Below, one piece after another: positions 29,067 through 38,304 of a DNA stretch of 64,000 bases. Position numbers and translations under genes: made by a program. Source of the DNA: an uncultured archaeon (GTDB lineage: Archaea > Asgardarchaeota > Heimdallarchaeia > Heimdallarchaeales > Kariarchaeaceae); contig CAZYCQ010000010.1 of the NCBI GenBank assembly GCA_964645535.1, forward strand, positions 1 to 64,000, written 5' to 3'. Positions within the stretch are counted from its first letter, which is position 1; every line of letters begins with the position of its first letter. A model generated the notes under the pieces. The model saw only the letters and a list, made by a program, of their open reading frames with translations, made no database searches and was not told where the DNA came from.

Positions 29067-29576
29067 TCAGGTTTTCAGTTTATTGTGGATTATGAATGCA
29101 TTGATCAAGGTAATCGTATAGGTAAAGATTCCCAAACCAAGATGACCTGTAACAATGAGGGGGTGAAGCTTATAAATGACCGTCAATCCTCCAAAAATGG
29201 ATTGAAGAACAACAAGAACCACAAAAAGGTAAATAATGATCTTGATTTCAGGGAATTCCTCCTTGTTTTTCAATGCAATGATGAACAGATGAAGGATTAT
29301 TAGAATTACAATAAGAGCCACCAACCGATGCGTGAATTCAGACCATAATCCCCAATTGAAGGTAGAGAGGTTATGTTCTGAACCTATGAACCAAAACTCT
29401 CTTTCAGGGATCAGTTGACCATGGCAAAGAGGCCAATCAGGACAGGCAAGCCCTGCTCCAATGGATTTGACATAACCTCCTAGAACCATCAGCAGATAGA
29501 CTCCAATGACAAGAAAGTATGATTCCTTCTTGTACGTCTCAAGAGAAAAAAAAAGTGACCTTTTTTGATCATTCAT
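29067..29576 (-). CDS. ctaA: Half-size (4-TM) heme A synthase, CtaA/COX15 family
   Basis: GAGLACPDWPLCHG, EFTHR, Q...GGLTV, VTGHL. Confidence 0.85.
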   Translation of the reverse strand: MNDQKRSLFFSLETYKKESYFLVIGVYLLMVLGGYVKSIGAGLACPDWPLCHGQLIPEREFWFIGSEHNLSTFNWGLWSEFTHRLVALIVILIILHLFIIALKNKEEFPEIKIIIYLFVVLVVLQSIFGGLTVIYKLHPLIVTGHLGLGIFTYTITLINAFIIHNKLKT

Positions 29577-29644
29577 GGTCTTCAGACCCTGATCATGGAA
29601 AATAATTTATAGGGTTTTAGGTCAGTTCTCCTTATATTGTCAAA

Positions 29645-31003
29645 TCATAAAGGATCATATCTAATGAACTCGCCGAAAGGTGGTTCAACTGAAGTGGTCA
29701 TGACCCAAAGAACCGGATAATCTATCGGAATCTGGGATTGATCTGGAAATGAACCGTATCCATCTGTGAAATAAACCAAAAGGTCTGGTTGTAATCCATT
29801 TTCCAAAACGTATTCAAAGACTGGAATAAAGTCAGTCCCACCTCTTCCCTTGAATTCTCTCCCTTCCCAAGGTAATTTGCTTCCGTCAATGCTTTCCCCA
29901 TTCTCAAATACACTGACCTGTTGGATTGCAGCATCACAATCGATCAAAGTAAGCTTAAGTCTGGTTACTGAAGCAAGGATGCCATAAACTTCAGAAACGA
30001 AATTGGATAACTCAACTGAACTAATTGATCCTGAAGTGTCTACTGCAACCACCACGTCCATGTATTCCTTTTCAGCACTTGGGAAATGGTAATCATAAGA
30101 CATCATCCGTTTGTTGGGGGGGTTCCATTTCCAATCCACCATGAGAGTTCTCTGGATATAGTGTTCTAGTAGGGTCTGCCAAGGAACCTTCGGGTTCAAT
30201 TCCGCTTCAATCATTTCCTTCAGTCCAAGTGGAAGGTTGCCTTTGTCCTTGTTCATTTGGTAGCTTGCTCTCAATATTCCTTCAAATCTTTCCTTTTGCA
30301 GATCTAAAAGTTCACTTGCATCAATGAGTTGCATTTCTTTCAATGATTGGTTAAAATCACATTCCTTGGGAACACCATGCTTGTCGGCAATGGCTTGAAG
30401 TATATCATCTGAGAATCCCCCTTCATTGTTGTTTTCTCCTTCTCCTTGCTGTTCTGAAGCCTCATCAAAAAGGATATTGTAAATTTCATCGGTTGACAGA
30501 TCGCCGAATTCGTTTCTGTATTTAGAAACATCGGGGATTTTCCATTCATACCGGTTTTCCCTCTTGATTTCGTCAAGCATCAGGTTTGCGGAAATATCTG
30601 AAGCCATTCCCCAAATGTCCGTATTTCTTCCAGCACCTCTGTCCATATGTTTCATAATCATATGAAGGACAAGGTGCATCAGCAATCCCTTGATTTCGGG
30701 AATTGGTTTGGTTTCAAGAAAAGAAGGTCGGAAATAAAGATTTCTCACATCAATAGCCATCGTTTTAATTCTCGGGTCATCAACCGGGAAGATCTGGAAA
30801 TGACCGAGAATATACCCAAAGAAGGGCATATCCAGATAAAGAGTCCCTCTGGCCTGTGAAACCCTGTTTGCTTGAAATTCGCCTTCAGGACTGGTGTCCT
30901 TGATGAATGGAGCATCCCATTCAAGGAATTTTTTCATGGTGAGGATGTCGTCCATATTTATCCTTACTATACATGAGTCATAAACATTCAAAAGTCCTCT
31001 CAT
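29645..31003 (-). CDS. DUF2201-type metallopeptidase-like + VWA domain protein
   Basis: PFFG, HLVLH...H, W.MA.D..AN.ML, VAVDTSGSI MIDAS, GRGGTDF.PVF, YFTDGYG. Confidence 0.9.
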   Translation of the reverse strand: MRGLLNVYDSCIVRINMDDILTMKKFLEWDAPFIKDTSPEGEFQANRVSQARGTLYLDMPFFGYILGHFQIFPVDDPRIKTMAIDVRNLYFRPSFLETKPIPEIKGLLMHLVLHMIMKHMDRGAGRNTDIWGMASDISANLMLDEIKRENRYEWKIPDVSKYRNEFGDLSTDEIYNILFDEASEQQGEGENNNEGGFSDDILQAIADKHGVPKECDFNQSLKEMQLIDASELLDLQKERFEGILRASYQMNKDKGNLPLGLKEMIEAELNPKVPWQTLLEHYIQRTLMVDWKWNPPNKRMMSYDYHFPSAEKEYMDVVVAVDTSGSISSVELSNFVSEVYGILASVTRLKLTLIDCDAAIQQVSVFENGESIDGSKLPWEGREFKGRGGTDFIPVFEYVLENGLQPDLLVYFTDGYGSFPDQSQIPIDYPVLWVMTTSVEPPFGEFIRYDPL

Positions 31004-31389
31004 TCTTGAAAACTACTTTCCTCTCTTATCGCATTTGAAATCAATTCCAGTTCTTTGGTATTGAACAGAACCACTTTGACATTGTCCACTTCATTGATTC
31101 TGTTCACCTGATCCTCTGCTGCGGGAGAATATTTGTTTGTCACGATTATTGCACCATCAAGTCCTGCGCTTTTGGACTTCCTTGCCACCTGATTGATCTT
31201 GTTGACTCCAAGAGATCTTCTCCAAGGAAGGAACATGACTCCAAGATTAACTTCCCGATCCTGAGATGATTTGATTTTCCCATTGAAATCCGTAATCTTT
31301 CCCCGTTTATCAAAAACCTCAGATGGGTCGTAATCTCCCAATCTTTTGAGTACATTGATCCATTTCTCAAATTTGTCGTTGTCATTCAT
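31000..31389 (-). CDS. Mrr-catalytic / restriction-endonuclease-fold protein, probably inactive
   Basis: WRRSLGVNKINQV...GAIIVTNKYSPAA...VVLF..KEL; no Q/ExK. Confidence 0.6.
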   Translation of the reverse strand: MNDNDKFEKWINVLKRLGDYDPSEVFDKRGKITDFNGKIKSSQDREVNLGVMFLPWRRSLGVNKINQVARKSKSAGLDGAIIVTNKYSPAAEDQVNRINEVDNVKVVLFNTKELELISNAIREESSFQE

Positions 31390-31499
31390 TGGCAGGAAGA
31401 AGGTTGTCGGGGAGTGGTTATATGTATTTGAAACATGTAGGCTATACCTGAGTATGCTTAACCTTTATCATCGAGCACAATCTTCACATTCTTTTATGA

Positions 31500-32474
31500 T
31501 TGGTGTCCGTTGGAATTATGCATCATTTGGATGATCGGAAAGAAATCCACCATTTCAATCCGTATTCTGTAAAAAACATAACAAATCTCCTTGACGAATA
31601 TTTCAAAACAGGCGTATTCGGTGGAGGAAATCTGGGTAAGGCTTTTGACATTCTCAAAAAAGCTAAAGAGGATGGCGCAAAGGTTTTTCTTTCCATGGCA
31701 GGAGCTATGGTTCCTGGAGGGATGAGAAAAACAGTAACCACTGCAATGAAGGAAGGAATGATTGATTTACTCGTGACAACTGGTGCAAATATCACCCATG
31801 ATTTGATTGAGGCGTTCGGTGTACCGCATCTCAAGTACGTCAAGCATATTGATGACAAGGAACTGAATGAACGGGGTATCGACAGGGTCTATGATGCATA
31901 TGTTCAAGAGGATGGGTTTCCGAATCTTGAAGATCACCTTCGGAAGCTTATTGATCGTTTCCATGAAGAAAATAATAAGGAAGGGGTGGTTATTACTTCC
32001 TCACACGAATTCCTCAAGTGGTTGGGTTCCCAAATCGACGATCCAGAAAGTATAGTCCGTGTTGCCTATGAAAAGGATATCCCGATCTTTGTTCCTGTCA
32101 TTGCAGATTCGGTTCTCGGTCTCCAGATCTGGTTACGAAGTCAATTCCATAAAATCATCATGGATGAAATGCGTGATCTGACCTCAATTCAGGATATTTT
32201 CCATGAATCCCCTAAAACAATGGCATTCATGCTTGGTGGAGGAGTTCCAAAAAACTATATGTTGCAGGCAAGTCTCATGAGCAACAAGCAATACGAATAT
32301 GGGGTTGCCGTGACTATGGATAGGGTTGAAACCGGTGGTCTTTCCGGAGCAACCTTGACAGAAGCGGTTAGTTGGGGAAAATTCACATGGGACGCTCCGA
32401 AGGTAACCGTTTATGCAGATGTGACAATCGTATTTCCACTTTTGGTAACTGCTTGGCTAGAGTTTAGGTCATAG
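31500..32474 (+). CDS. dys: Deoxyhypusine synthase
   Basis: AGAMVPGG, VTTGANITHD, GIDRVYD, GGGVPKN, GGLSGATL.EAVSWGK (catalytic Lys present). Confidence 0.95.
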   Translation: MVSVGIMHHLDDRKEIHHFNPYSVKNITNLLDEYFKTGVFGGGNLGKAFDILKKAKEDGAKVFLSMAGAMVPGGMRKTVTTAMKEGMIDLLVTTGANITHDLIEAFGVPHLKYVKHIDDKELNERGIDRVYDAYVQEDGFPNLEDHLRKLIDRFHEENNKEGVVITSSHEFLKWLGSQIDDPESIVRVAYEKDIPIFVPVIADSVLGLQIWLRSQFHKIIMDEMRDLTSIQDIFHESPKTMAFMLGGGVPKNYMLQASLMSNKQYEYGVAVTMDRVETGGLSGATLTEAVSWGKFTWDAPKVTVYADVTIVFPLLVTAWLEFRS

Positions 32475-33434
32475 AGATTTTGAAAGTTTGAGTTTGATGA
32501 AAAGCCAAGGACAGACAAATGTCGAAACCAATCCAAAGGAAAAGTATCTGATAAAACGAAGGAGAAACCCAAGCAAAGTATTATCCTCTGCAATTGCCGC
32601 AAAAGCTGTATCGAGACCAAAAAGAACAGTGAATGCGACAACTGCCCCCATGACAAACCTTCCCAAACCATTGAGAATGGAATGTGCCTTAGAATCGAAA
32701 TTGAGCTTTTGTTTCTCTTGGTCAAATCCTATCATGATCCCGAAAAGAATCCCCATAAATGTTGTAATATCCTGGCTTGCCTGACCGAAATTATTGACAA
32801 CACCAAAACCAATTGACACCCCGAGGGTAACAATGAAAAAAGCAAAATACTTCTGCAAACGGTTGGTTTCAAAACTCAGGTTAGGAAGGGTTTCCTGATA
32901 TCTGATAAAGATGTATGTGATCAATAAACCAATGATCCATCCCAAAATGACATCTTCTAGGTAGTGAACGCCTAGATATGGTCTAGAAATTCCAATTCCC
33001 AAAATCATCAGGACAAAGAAAATCTGGTGTGATCGAGATTTGCTTTTGTATGCAAGATAGGAGAAGAATGTGGATGCAGTTTGTGCATGGCCTGAAGGAG
33101 TACTGAATGATCTTGCAGTTTCTTCTATCTCACTTGGAGAACGTAATCCCCATTTATCACGATAGGTGCCATCTGTGACATACGGTCTCGGATTTCGAAT
33201 AAGCTCCTTAAGGGCTAGGTTTGTCAAGGCAGTAGCTACAAGAAGAACGGCAAGATCATATACGATATCTTTTCTGAAAAGCCAGTAGATTGCCAGAACA
33301 AGAATAAAGTAACCTGTTGAACTTCCAAGAAATGTAAGAAACTGGAAGAAAGAAGTCAAAGGTGCTGCCCAATCGTTTTGGCGGATCTGAAAAAAGAAAT
33401 CAACAATTCCTTCATTAAACGGGAGGGTTGCCAT
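32469..33434 (-). CDS. PAP2 superfamily membrane phosphatase
   Basis: K......RP, PSGHAQ, SRPYLGVHYLEDV..G. Confidence 0.93.
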   Translation of the reverse strand: MATLPFNEGIVDFFFQIRQNDWAAPLTSFFQFLTFLGSSTGYFILVLAIYWLFRKDIVYDLAVLLVATALTNLALKELIRNPRPYVTDGTYRDKWGLRSPSEIEETARSFSTPSGHAQTASTFFSYLAYKSKSRSHQIFFVLMILGIGISRPYLGVHYLEDVILGWIIGLLITYIFIRYQETLPNLSFETNRLQKYFAFFIVTLGVSIGFGVVNNFGQASQDITTFMGILFGIMIGFDQEKQKLNFDSKAHSILNGLGRFVMGAVVAFTVLFGLDTAFAAIAEDNTLLGFLLRFIRYFSFGLVSTFVCPWLFIKLKLSKSL

Positions 33435-33497
33435 GTTTTCATGTAATCATAAATACTTCATATACCTTTGTTGCCGGATAAATAAAAAAGATGGTTC

Positions 33498-34652
33498 TTA
33501 CATCAAAGGTTCAAGGAAATCTGTCAAACTCAGTTGTTTGGAATCCAATGGTTCCAAGCCAGAAAATCCGACTCCCATCAGTCGTATTCCTAATGGATTG
33601 TCCAAATGGGGCTCCAATAACGAAAGGGCAATTGCCCTTAATCTATCTTCATCATCAGTTGCCGTTGGAAGTGATTTTGAACGGGTAATCGTTCGGAAAT
33701 CTGAAAATCTGAGCTTGACCGTCACGGTTCTTGTTCTCCATTTTTCTCTGAACAGGGTTTCATATGATCGCTGAAACAATCTATGGAATTTCCGATAATA
33801 AAGTTCAAGGTCTCCAGGCTTTCCATGGAATGTACTTTCATGACTAATCGATTTTCTGGCTTCTCTTTCCCGTATCCGATTCGAGGTTTGACCTCTGAAC
33901 AACCTAAAAAGGTGCTCTCCCATTGATCCGAAAAGGGACTGAAGTTCAAATAATGAAAGATCGATCAATTGGTCGCAAACTTCGATTCCTTTCTGCTTTA
34001 ATTTTTCACTTGTTTTCGTCCCAATGCCGGGAATTTTGCTGACCTTGAGTCCAATAAAGAAATCTGGAAGATCTTCTGACCTAACAATGGTTATTCCTTT
34101 GGGTTTGTCATAGTCAGATGCCATTTTTGCAATTTTGAGGGTTGGACCGATACCAATTGAACAGGTTAGTTTTTCCATTTCAAAAAGATCTTCTTGTATT
34201 TTCCATGCCAATTTGTGGGCATCTTCCCAAGTTTCCGTGATATTCGTAATGTCAAGGTACGCTTCATCTATACTTGCAATCCTTATCGGGACACCAAAGC
34301 CTTTCAGGTATTTCATGATTCTTTGAGAAGTTTCTGTGTATTCTGATCTTGAAGGGGGTACGATTATAGCTTGAGGACATCTCTGTAATGCTTCAAACAT
34401 GGACATTCCGGATCGAACACCATATTTTCTTGCTTCATAGGTACAGGTAAGTACAACTCCCTTGTTTGTCTCTCTTGCCTTTGGATTGCCGACAATGACT
34501 GGCTCTCCCCTCAGAACAGGATTTTTTCTCAGCTCAACTGCCGCGAAAAACATGTCCAGGTCAACATGCATTAACCTTCTTTGCCTTTCTTCTACCTTCG
34601 GCGAAATGTCATCCTGTTCCGGTATCAATATTATCCAAAAGAATTGGAACAA
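33498..34652 (-). CDS. dinB: Y-family DNA polymerase IV
   Basis: HVDLDMFFAAVE, YEARKYGV, SIDEAYLD, AKMASD..KP.G, IPGIG; true start probably slightly downstream. Confidence 0.96.
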   Translation of the reverse strand: MFQFFWIILIPEQDDISPKVEERQRRLMHVDLDMFFAAVELRKNPVLRGEPVIVGNPKARETNKGVVLTCTYEARKYGVRSGMSMFEALQRCPQAIIVPPSRSEYTETSQRIMKYLKGFGVPIRIASIDEAYLDITNITETWEDAHKLAWKIQEDLFEMEKLTCSIGIGPTLKIAKMASDYDKPKGITIVRSEDLPDFFIGLKVSKIPGIGTKTSEKLKQKGIEVCDQLIDLSLFELQSLFGSMGEHLFRLFRGQTSNRIREREARKSISHESTFHGKPGDLELYYRKFHRLFQRSYETLFREKWRTRTVTVKLRFSDFRTITRSKSLPTATDDEDRLRAIALSLLEPHLDNPLGIRLMGVGFSGLEPLDSKQLSLTDFLEPLM

Positions 34653-34769
34653 TCACTCAAAAAAAGGATTTGATCTGAGGAAGTTCCCCGGTATTAAGAT
34701 CAGATTTCATGTGAATTGAAGATTGCTACAACCATCAGTTTCAAATTCAGTCCTTGATGTTTAAAAGCT

Positions 34770-35342
34770 ATGGATATCCCCCTTACTGTGTTTCTGGCGC
34801 CTGTTTTCACTCGAACCAGTTTCAATGTGGTAGCCTCTTTGGCACAAAAGGGATATCATTTGGTCTTTATCAGTGATGATGAAGATCTTCTTGAACTTCT
34901 TTCTTTTGAAGTTGAAAATCTTGGTGGAATTCCTTATCCCTTCTTCTGTTCGTTTGGATCAGAAAAACAATTCAAGAGCACATTGAGGATGGTAGAAAAG
35001 GTAATTGATCATGTCAGCACGGTGATTCTTTTTTCAGAGGAAAATCTCAGTCATTCAAGGGCAACAATTTCTACACAAGAAATTGCAGATGTCCTTTTGA
35101 AAACTGATTGGATTTCCAAAGGAATTGGGAATGAACTTTTCTTGGTTGATCTCGGAGGGTACCAAGATCAATGGACGGAAGGGATTGAGAATTCAATGGA
35201 ACAATTGACGGTGATCCAGAGTACAGACCATGGAGACCGACACAATTTTGAGAAGTATGTGGTAGAACAAGTCGAGAAATCAATTAACAACGAAAAAAAG
35301 AGAAGATTCGTTGCATTATTGGGAAGATTTAGATTTTGGTAG
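34770..35342 (+). CDS. Degenerate SDR/Rossmann-like protein
   Basis: VASLAQKGYHLVF...L...VENLGG...; glycine-rich and YxxxK motifs absent. Confidence 0.45.
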   Translation: MDIPLTVFLAPVFTRTSFNVVASLAQKGYHLVFISDDEDLLELLSFEVENLGGIPYPFFCSFGSEKQFKSTLRMVEKVIDHVSTVILFSEENLSHSRATISTQEIADVLLKTDWISKGIGNELFLVDLGGYQDQWTEGIENSMEQLTVIQSTDHGDRHNFEKYVVEQVEKSINNEKKRRFVALLGRFRFW

Positions 35343-35344
35343 TA

Positions 35345-36763
35345 TCACTTCTTTTTCCTGACATTGGGGACATGGATGGCCTTGCCTTCTATGGATTCAG
35401 CAGCTTCCATGATCATTTCCGGCAATGTGGGATGAGGATGGACGGTATAGCCTACATCTTCAACGGTAGCTCCCATTTCTAGAGCCAACGCGATTTCAGA
35501 GATCAGATCTGACGCATGAGGTCCTACGATCTCAGCACCTAATAGAACATTGTTTTCAGGATCTGCAATAAGCTTGACAAAGCCGTCCGTTTCTAGTTGG
35601 CTCATTGCTCTTCCTGAAGCGCCAAATGATGCGCGTGAAGTCACCACCTTCATTCCTTTTTTCTTGGCTTCTTCTTCAGTAATTCCTGCCACTGCAATTT
35701 CTGGATCTGAGAAGATTGCTGTAGGAATGGTTACAAAATCCACTTCTGACTTCAAGCCAGCCAAAACCTCTGCCGCAATGATTCCATGTTTGGTGGATCG
35801 ATGTGCCAAAAATGGACCTCCAGTACAGTCTCCAATCGCAAAAATATGTGGGACGTTTGTTCTGAGTTGCTTGTCAACTTTGATGAACCCTTTCTCATCC
35901 GTTTTAATTCCTGCTTTTTCCAAACCCAAGCTTCCAGTATTGGCGCGCTTGCCTATTGAGAGCAGAATTTTGTCAGGTTCAAGTTGCATTTCTCCCTTAG
36001 GTGTCTTGACTTTCAGTTTCATTTTTGTCTTGAGGATTTCTACAGTTTTTGCTTCTGAAGATGTATAGATTTCTACCCCTAGAGCTTTGAGCTTTTTCTT
36101 GACCACATTCACAATACGTTTCTCAACGCCCGGTAGGATTTCCGGCATGAATTCAATTATCGACACTTTTGCCCCTAGTTTGGCGAAAACAGTACCCAGC
36201 TCAATGCCAATGACTCCTCCTCCAATGCAGACAAGATGTTTTGGTACTTTGGATAAGGCTAGGGCTCCCCTTGCACTAAGGATTTTCTCTTCATCTATCT
36301 TGATGTTTGGGAGTGAAATAAAACTTGCCCCGGTTGCAAGGATGCAGTAATTAAACCTGATGGTTTCTTCCTTTCCGTCATTGAGTTTTATCTTGGCAGA
36401 ATATCTTCCTTCAAGCGTGGCGGTTCCCTCAAGGTATTGGATTTTATGTGCCTTGAAAAGCTGTCTAATACCGTTCTTAAGGTTTGATACGATTCCATTT
36501 TTCCATTCCTGAAGTTTCTCCATATTGATTGACGATTTTTCTACCATTATCCCCATCTTATAGGCATCATGATTGATCGTATGATAGAGTTTGGAAGCGG
36601 AAATAAGCGCTTTTGAAGGAATGCATCCCCAATTGAGACATTCTCCTCCAAGGAACCCTTTATCAACGATAACAACCTTTTTCCCCAGCTGTGCTGCCCT
36701 GATGGCTGCTGGATAACCTCCAGGTCCAGCCCCAATTATCAGAACTTCTGTTTCCAATGCCAT
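35345..36763 (-). CDS. lpdA: Dihydrolipoamide dehydrogenase (E3)
   Basis: IGAGPGGY, GGECLNWGCIPSK, GGGVIG.E, HPHPTLPE; start taken as MALET. Confidence 0.97.
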   Translation of the reverse strand: MALETEVLIIGAGPGGYPAAIRAAQLGKKVVIVDKGFLGGECLNWGCIPSKALISASKLYHTINHDAYKMGIMVEKSSINMEKLQEWKNGIVSNLKNGIRQLFKAHKIQYLEGTATLEGRYSAKIKLNDGKEETIRFNYCILATGASFISLPNIKIDEEKILSARGALALSKVPKHLVCIGGGVIGIELGTVFAKLGAKVSIIEFMPEILPGVEKRIVNVVKKKLKALGVEIYTSSEAKTVEILKTKMKLKVKTPKGEMQLEPDKILLSIGKRANTGSLGLEKAGIKTDEKGFIKVDKQLRTNVPHIFAIGDCTGGPFLAHRSTKHGIIAAEVLAGLKSEVDFVTIPTAIFSDPEIAVAGITEEEAKKKGMKVVTSRASFGASGRAMSQLETDGFVKLIADPENNVLLGAEIVGPHASDLISEIALALEMGATVEDVGYTVHPHPTLPEMIMEAAESIEGKAIHVPNVRKKK

Positions 36764-36897
36764 TGAACTGTACTCCTTTTCACTTTTTATATCTCTATGG
36801 TAATCCACCATGGTTTCTGCAAAGTTTTGTCCCTTGTGAAATATCAAATTCCATTGATCGGAAACCCTTTAATACAGGTCTTTTCTCTCCTGATTTG

Positions 36898-37119
36898 ATG
36901 AGTAGAGACCTTATTGTAAAAATGTTGGATACCGGATCATGTCCCGTTTGCGGAGGAGAAGTTGAAATGGATGATCAAAAACTGACAATATACAAATGCA
37001 TAGTGGATCCTACTCACTTCACCCTTGAAGTTGACTTTGGAGAAGATGGAAATACCATCAGTGCCAAGCTAAATGGTGAGGAGGTAAGTCAATCAGACCT
37101 TGAATCAATTAGTTGGTAG
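36898..37119 (+). CDS. Small zinc-ribbon protein
   Basis: CPVC...C....H; ATG 36898 follows a TTTAATA box. Confidence 0.65.
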   Translation: MSRDLIVKMLDTGSCPVCGGEVEMDDQKLTIYKCIVDPTHFTLEVDFGEDGNTISAKLNGEEVSQSDLESISW

Positions 37120-37120
37120 G

Positions 37121-38239
37121 TCAGATCTGCTTTGCAATTGCAGTCCCAACTTCTGTGGTAGATGCATTCCCTCCAAGATCGTAGGTAAGCGTTTTACCCT
37201 GTAAGATCACCTTTTCAACTGCTTTTTCAACAGATTCTGCAGCATCCTTTGCATTTTGATCGTCATGCTTATAGCCCAAGTATTCAAGAAGCATTGAGGC
37301 AGAAAGAATCATCGCCATGGGATTTGCTTTGTTTTTCCCTGCATGTTTCGGTGCAGATCCATGAACCGGTTCGAAAAATGCATGATTATCTCCAATGTTT
37401 CCTGAAGGAGCCATTCCTAAAGATCCAGCAAGAACCGAACTCAAATCTGAAGCTATGTCTCCCAACATGTTTGTAGTGACAACCACTTGGTAGAAATCAG
37501 GCTCCCGTATCAACCATTGTGTATAGGCATCAATGTAGGCGTAGTCTTTTTCAACCTCTGGATAACCTTCCGCAACCTCGTCATAGACCTTTCGAAATAA
37601 TCTACATCCGTCAAGAACATTGCTTTTATCCACACAGGTGACTCTTTTCTTTCCATCTTTTGGTGCACCTTGCTTTTTACGCATGGACAGCTCAAATGCA
37701 TATTCAATCACTCTCCGAGACCCTTTATCTGTAATGATGCGTGTGTCGACTGCCAACTCATCGATCCCTCCACGAGAAAGTTTTCCGTGGGTGGGTGAAT
37801 ATAGGCCTTCCGTGTTTTCTCGGACTGTGATGAGATCTACCAGTCCCGGTTTCCAAACTTGGACACTTTCACCATGGACTTTATGTTTGATCCCCTTGTA
37901 GAGTTTAGTAGGTCTGACGTTTGCATAGAGATCCAATCCGAACCGTAGACCAAATATGACGCCGGCTCCTGCAATGCTTCTATTGGGAAGAACAGCTCCT
38001 GGCCAACCTACAGCCCCAAGAAGTATTGCATCCGCCTTTTTGCAATCATCAAAGGCATCATCCTCCCATTCCTTCCCTGTTTCTAGATAATATTGACCTC
38101 CACATTGATATTCCTTGAATTCAAAGGCAAGATCAAACTTCTCTTGTATCTTGTTAAGAACTTTGATTGCCTCAGGCATCACATCCTTGCCGATTCCATC
38201 ACCTGGAAGAACGACGATCTCATAGCTGTCTTTACTCAT
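37121..38239 (-). CDS. Isocitrate/isopropylmalate/tartrate dehydrogenase family enzyme
   Basis: PGDGIG, VRENTEGLY, VDKSNVL, NMLGDI.SD, FEPVHGSAP, ANP.A.ILS. Confidence 0.95.
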   Translation of the reverse strand: MSKDSYEIVVLPGDGIGKDVMPEAIKVLNKIQEKFDLAFEFKEYQCGGQYYLETGKEWEDDAFDDCKKADAILLGAVGWPGAVLPNRSIAGAGVIFGLRFGLDLYANVRPTKLYKGIKHKVHGESVQVWKPGLVDLITVRENTEGLYSPTHGKLSRGGIDELAVDTRIITDKGSRRVIEYAFELSMRKKQGAPKDGKKRVTCVDKSNVLDGCRLFRKVYDEVAEGYPEVEKDYAYIDAYTQWLIREPDFYQVVVTTNMLGDIASDLSSVLAGSLGMAPSGNIGDNHAFFEPVHGSAPKHAGKNKANPMAMILSASMLLEYLGYKHDDQNAKDAAESVEKAVEKVILQGKTLTYDLGGNASTTEVGTAIAKQI

Positions 38240-38304
38240 TGAACCTCTATTTTCTTGAATTTTAAATACCTAATCAACCCATATGTGGACTTAAGCTCTA
38301 TCGT

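Noticed and set aside
36757-36897. N-terminal extensions in the ORF track (also lig, lpdA, trpC, DinB-like, FNR, TPR)
   Set aside because: They overlap neighbours or promoters and lack family similarity; downstream starts fit TATA or Shine-Dalgarno positions
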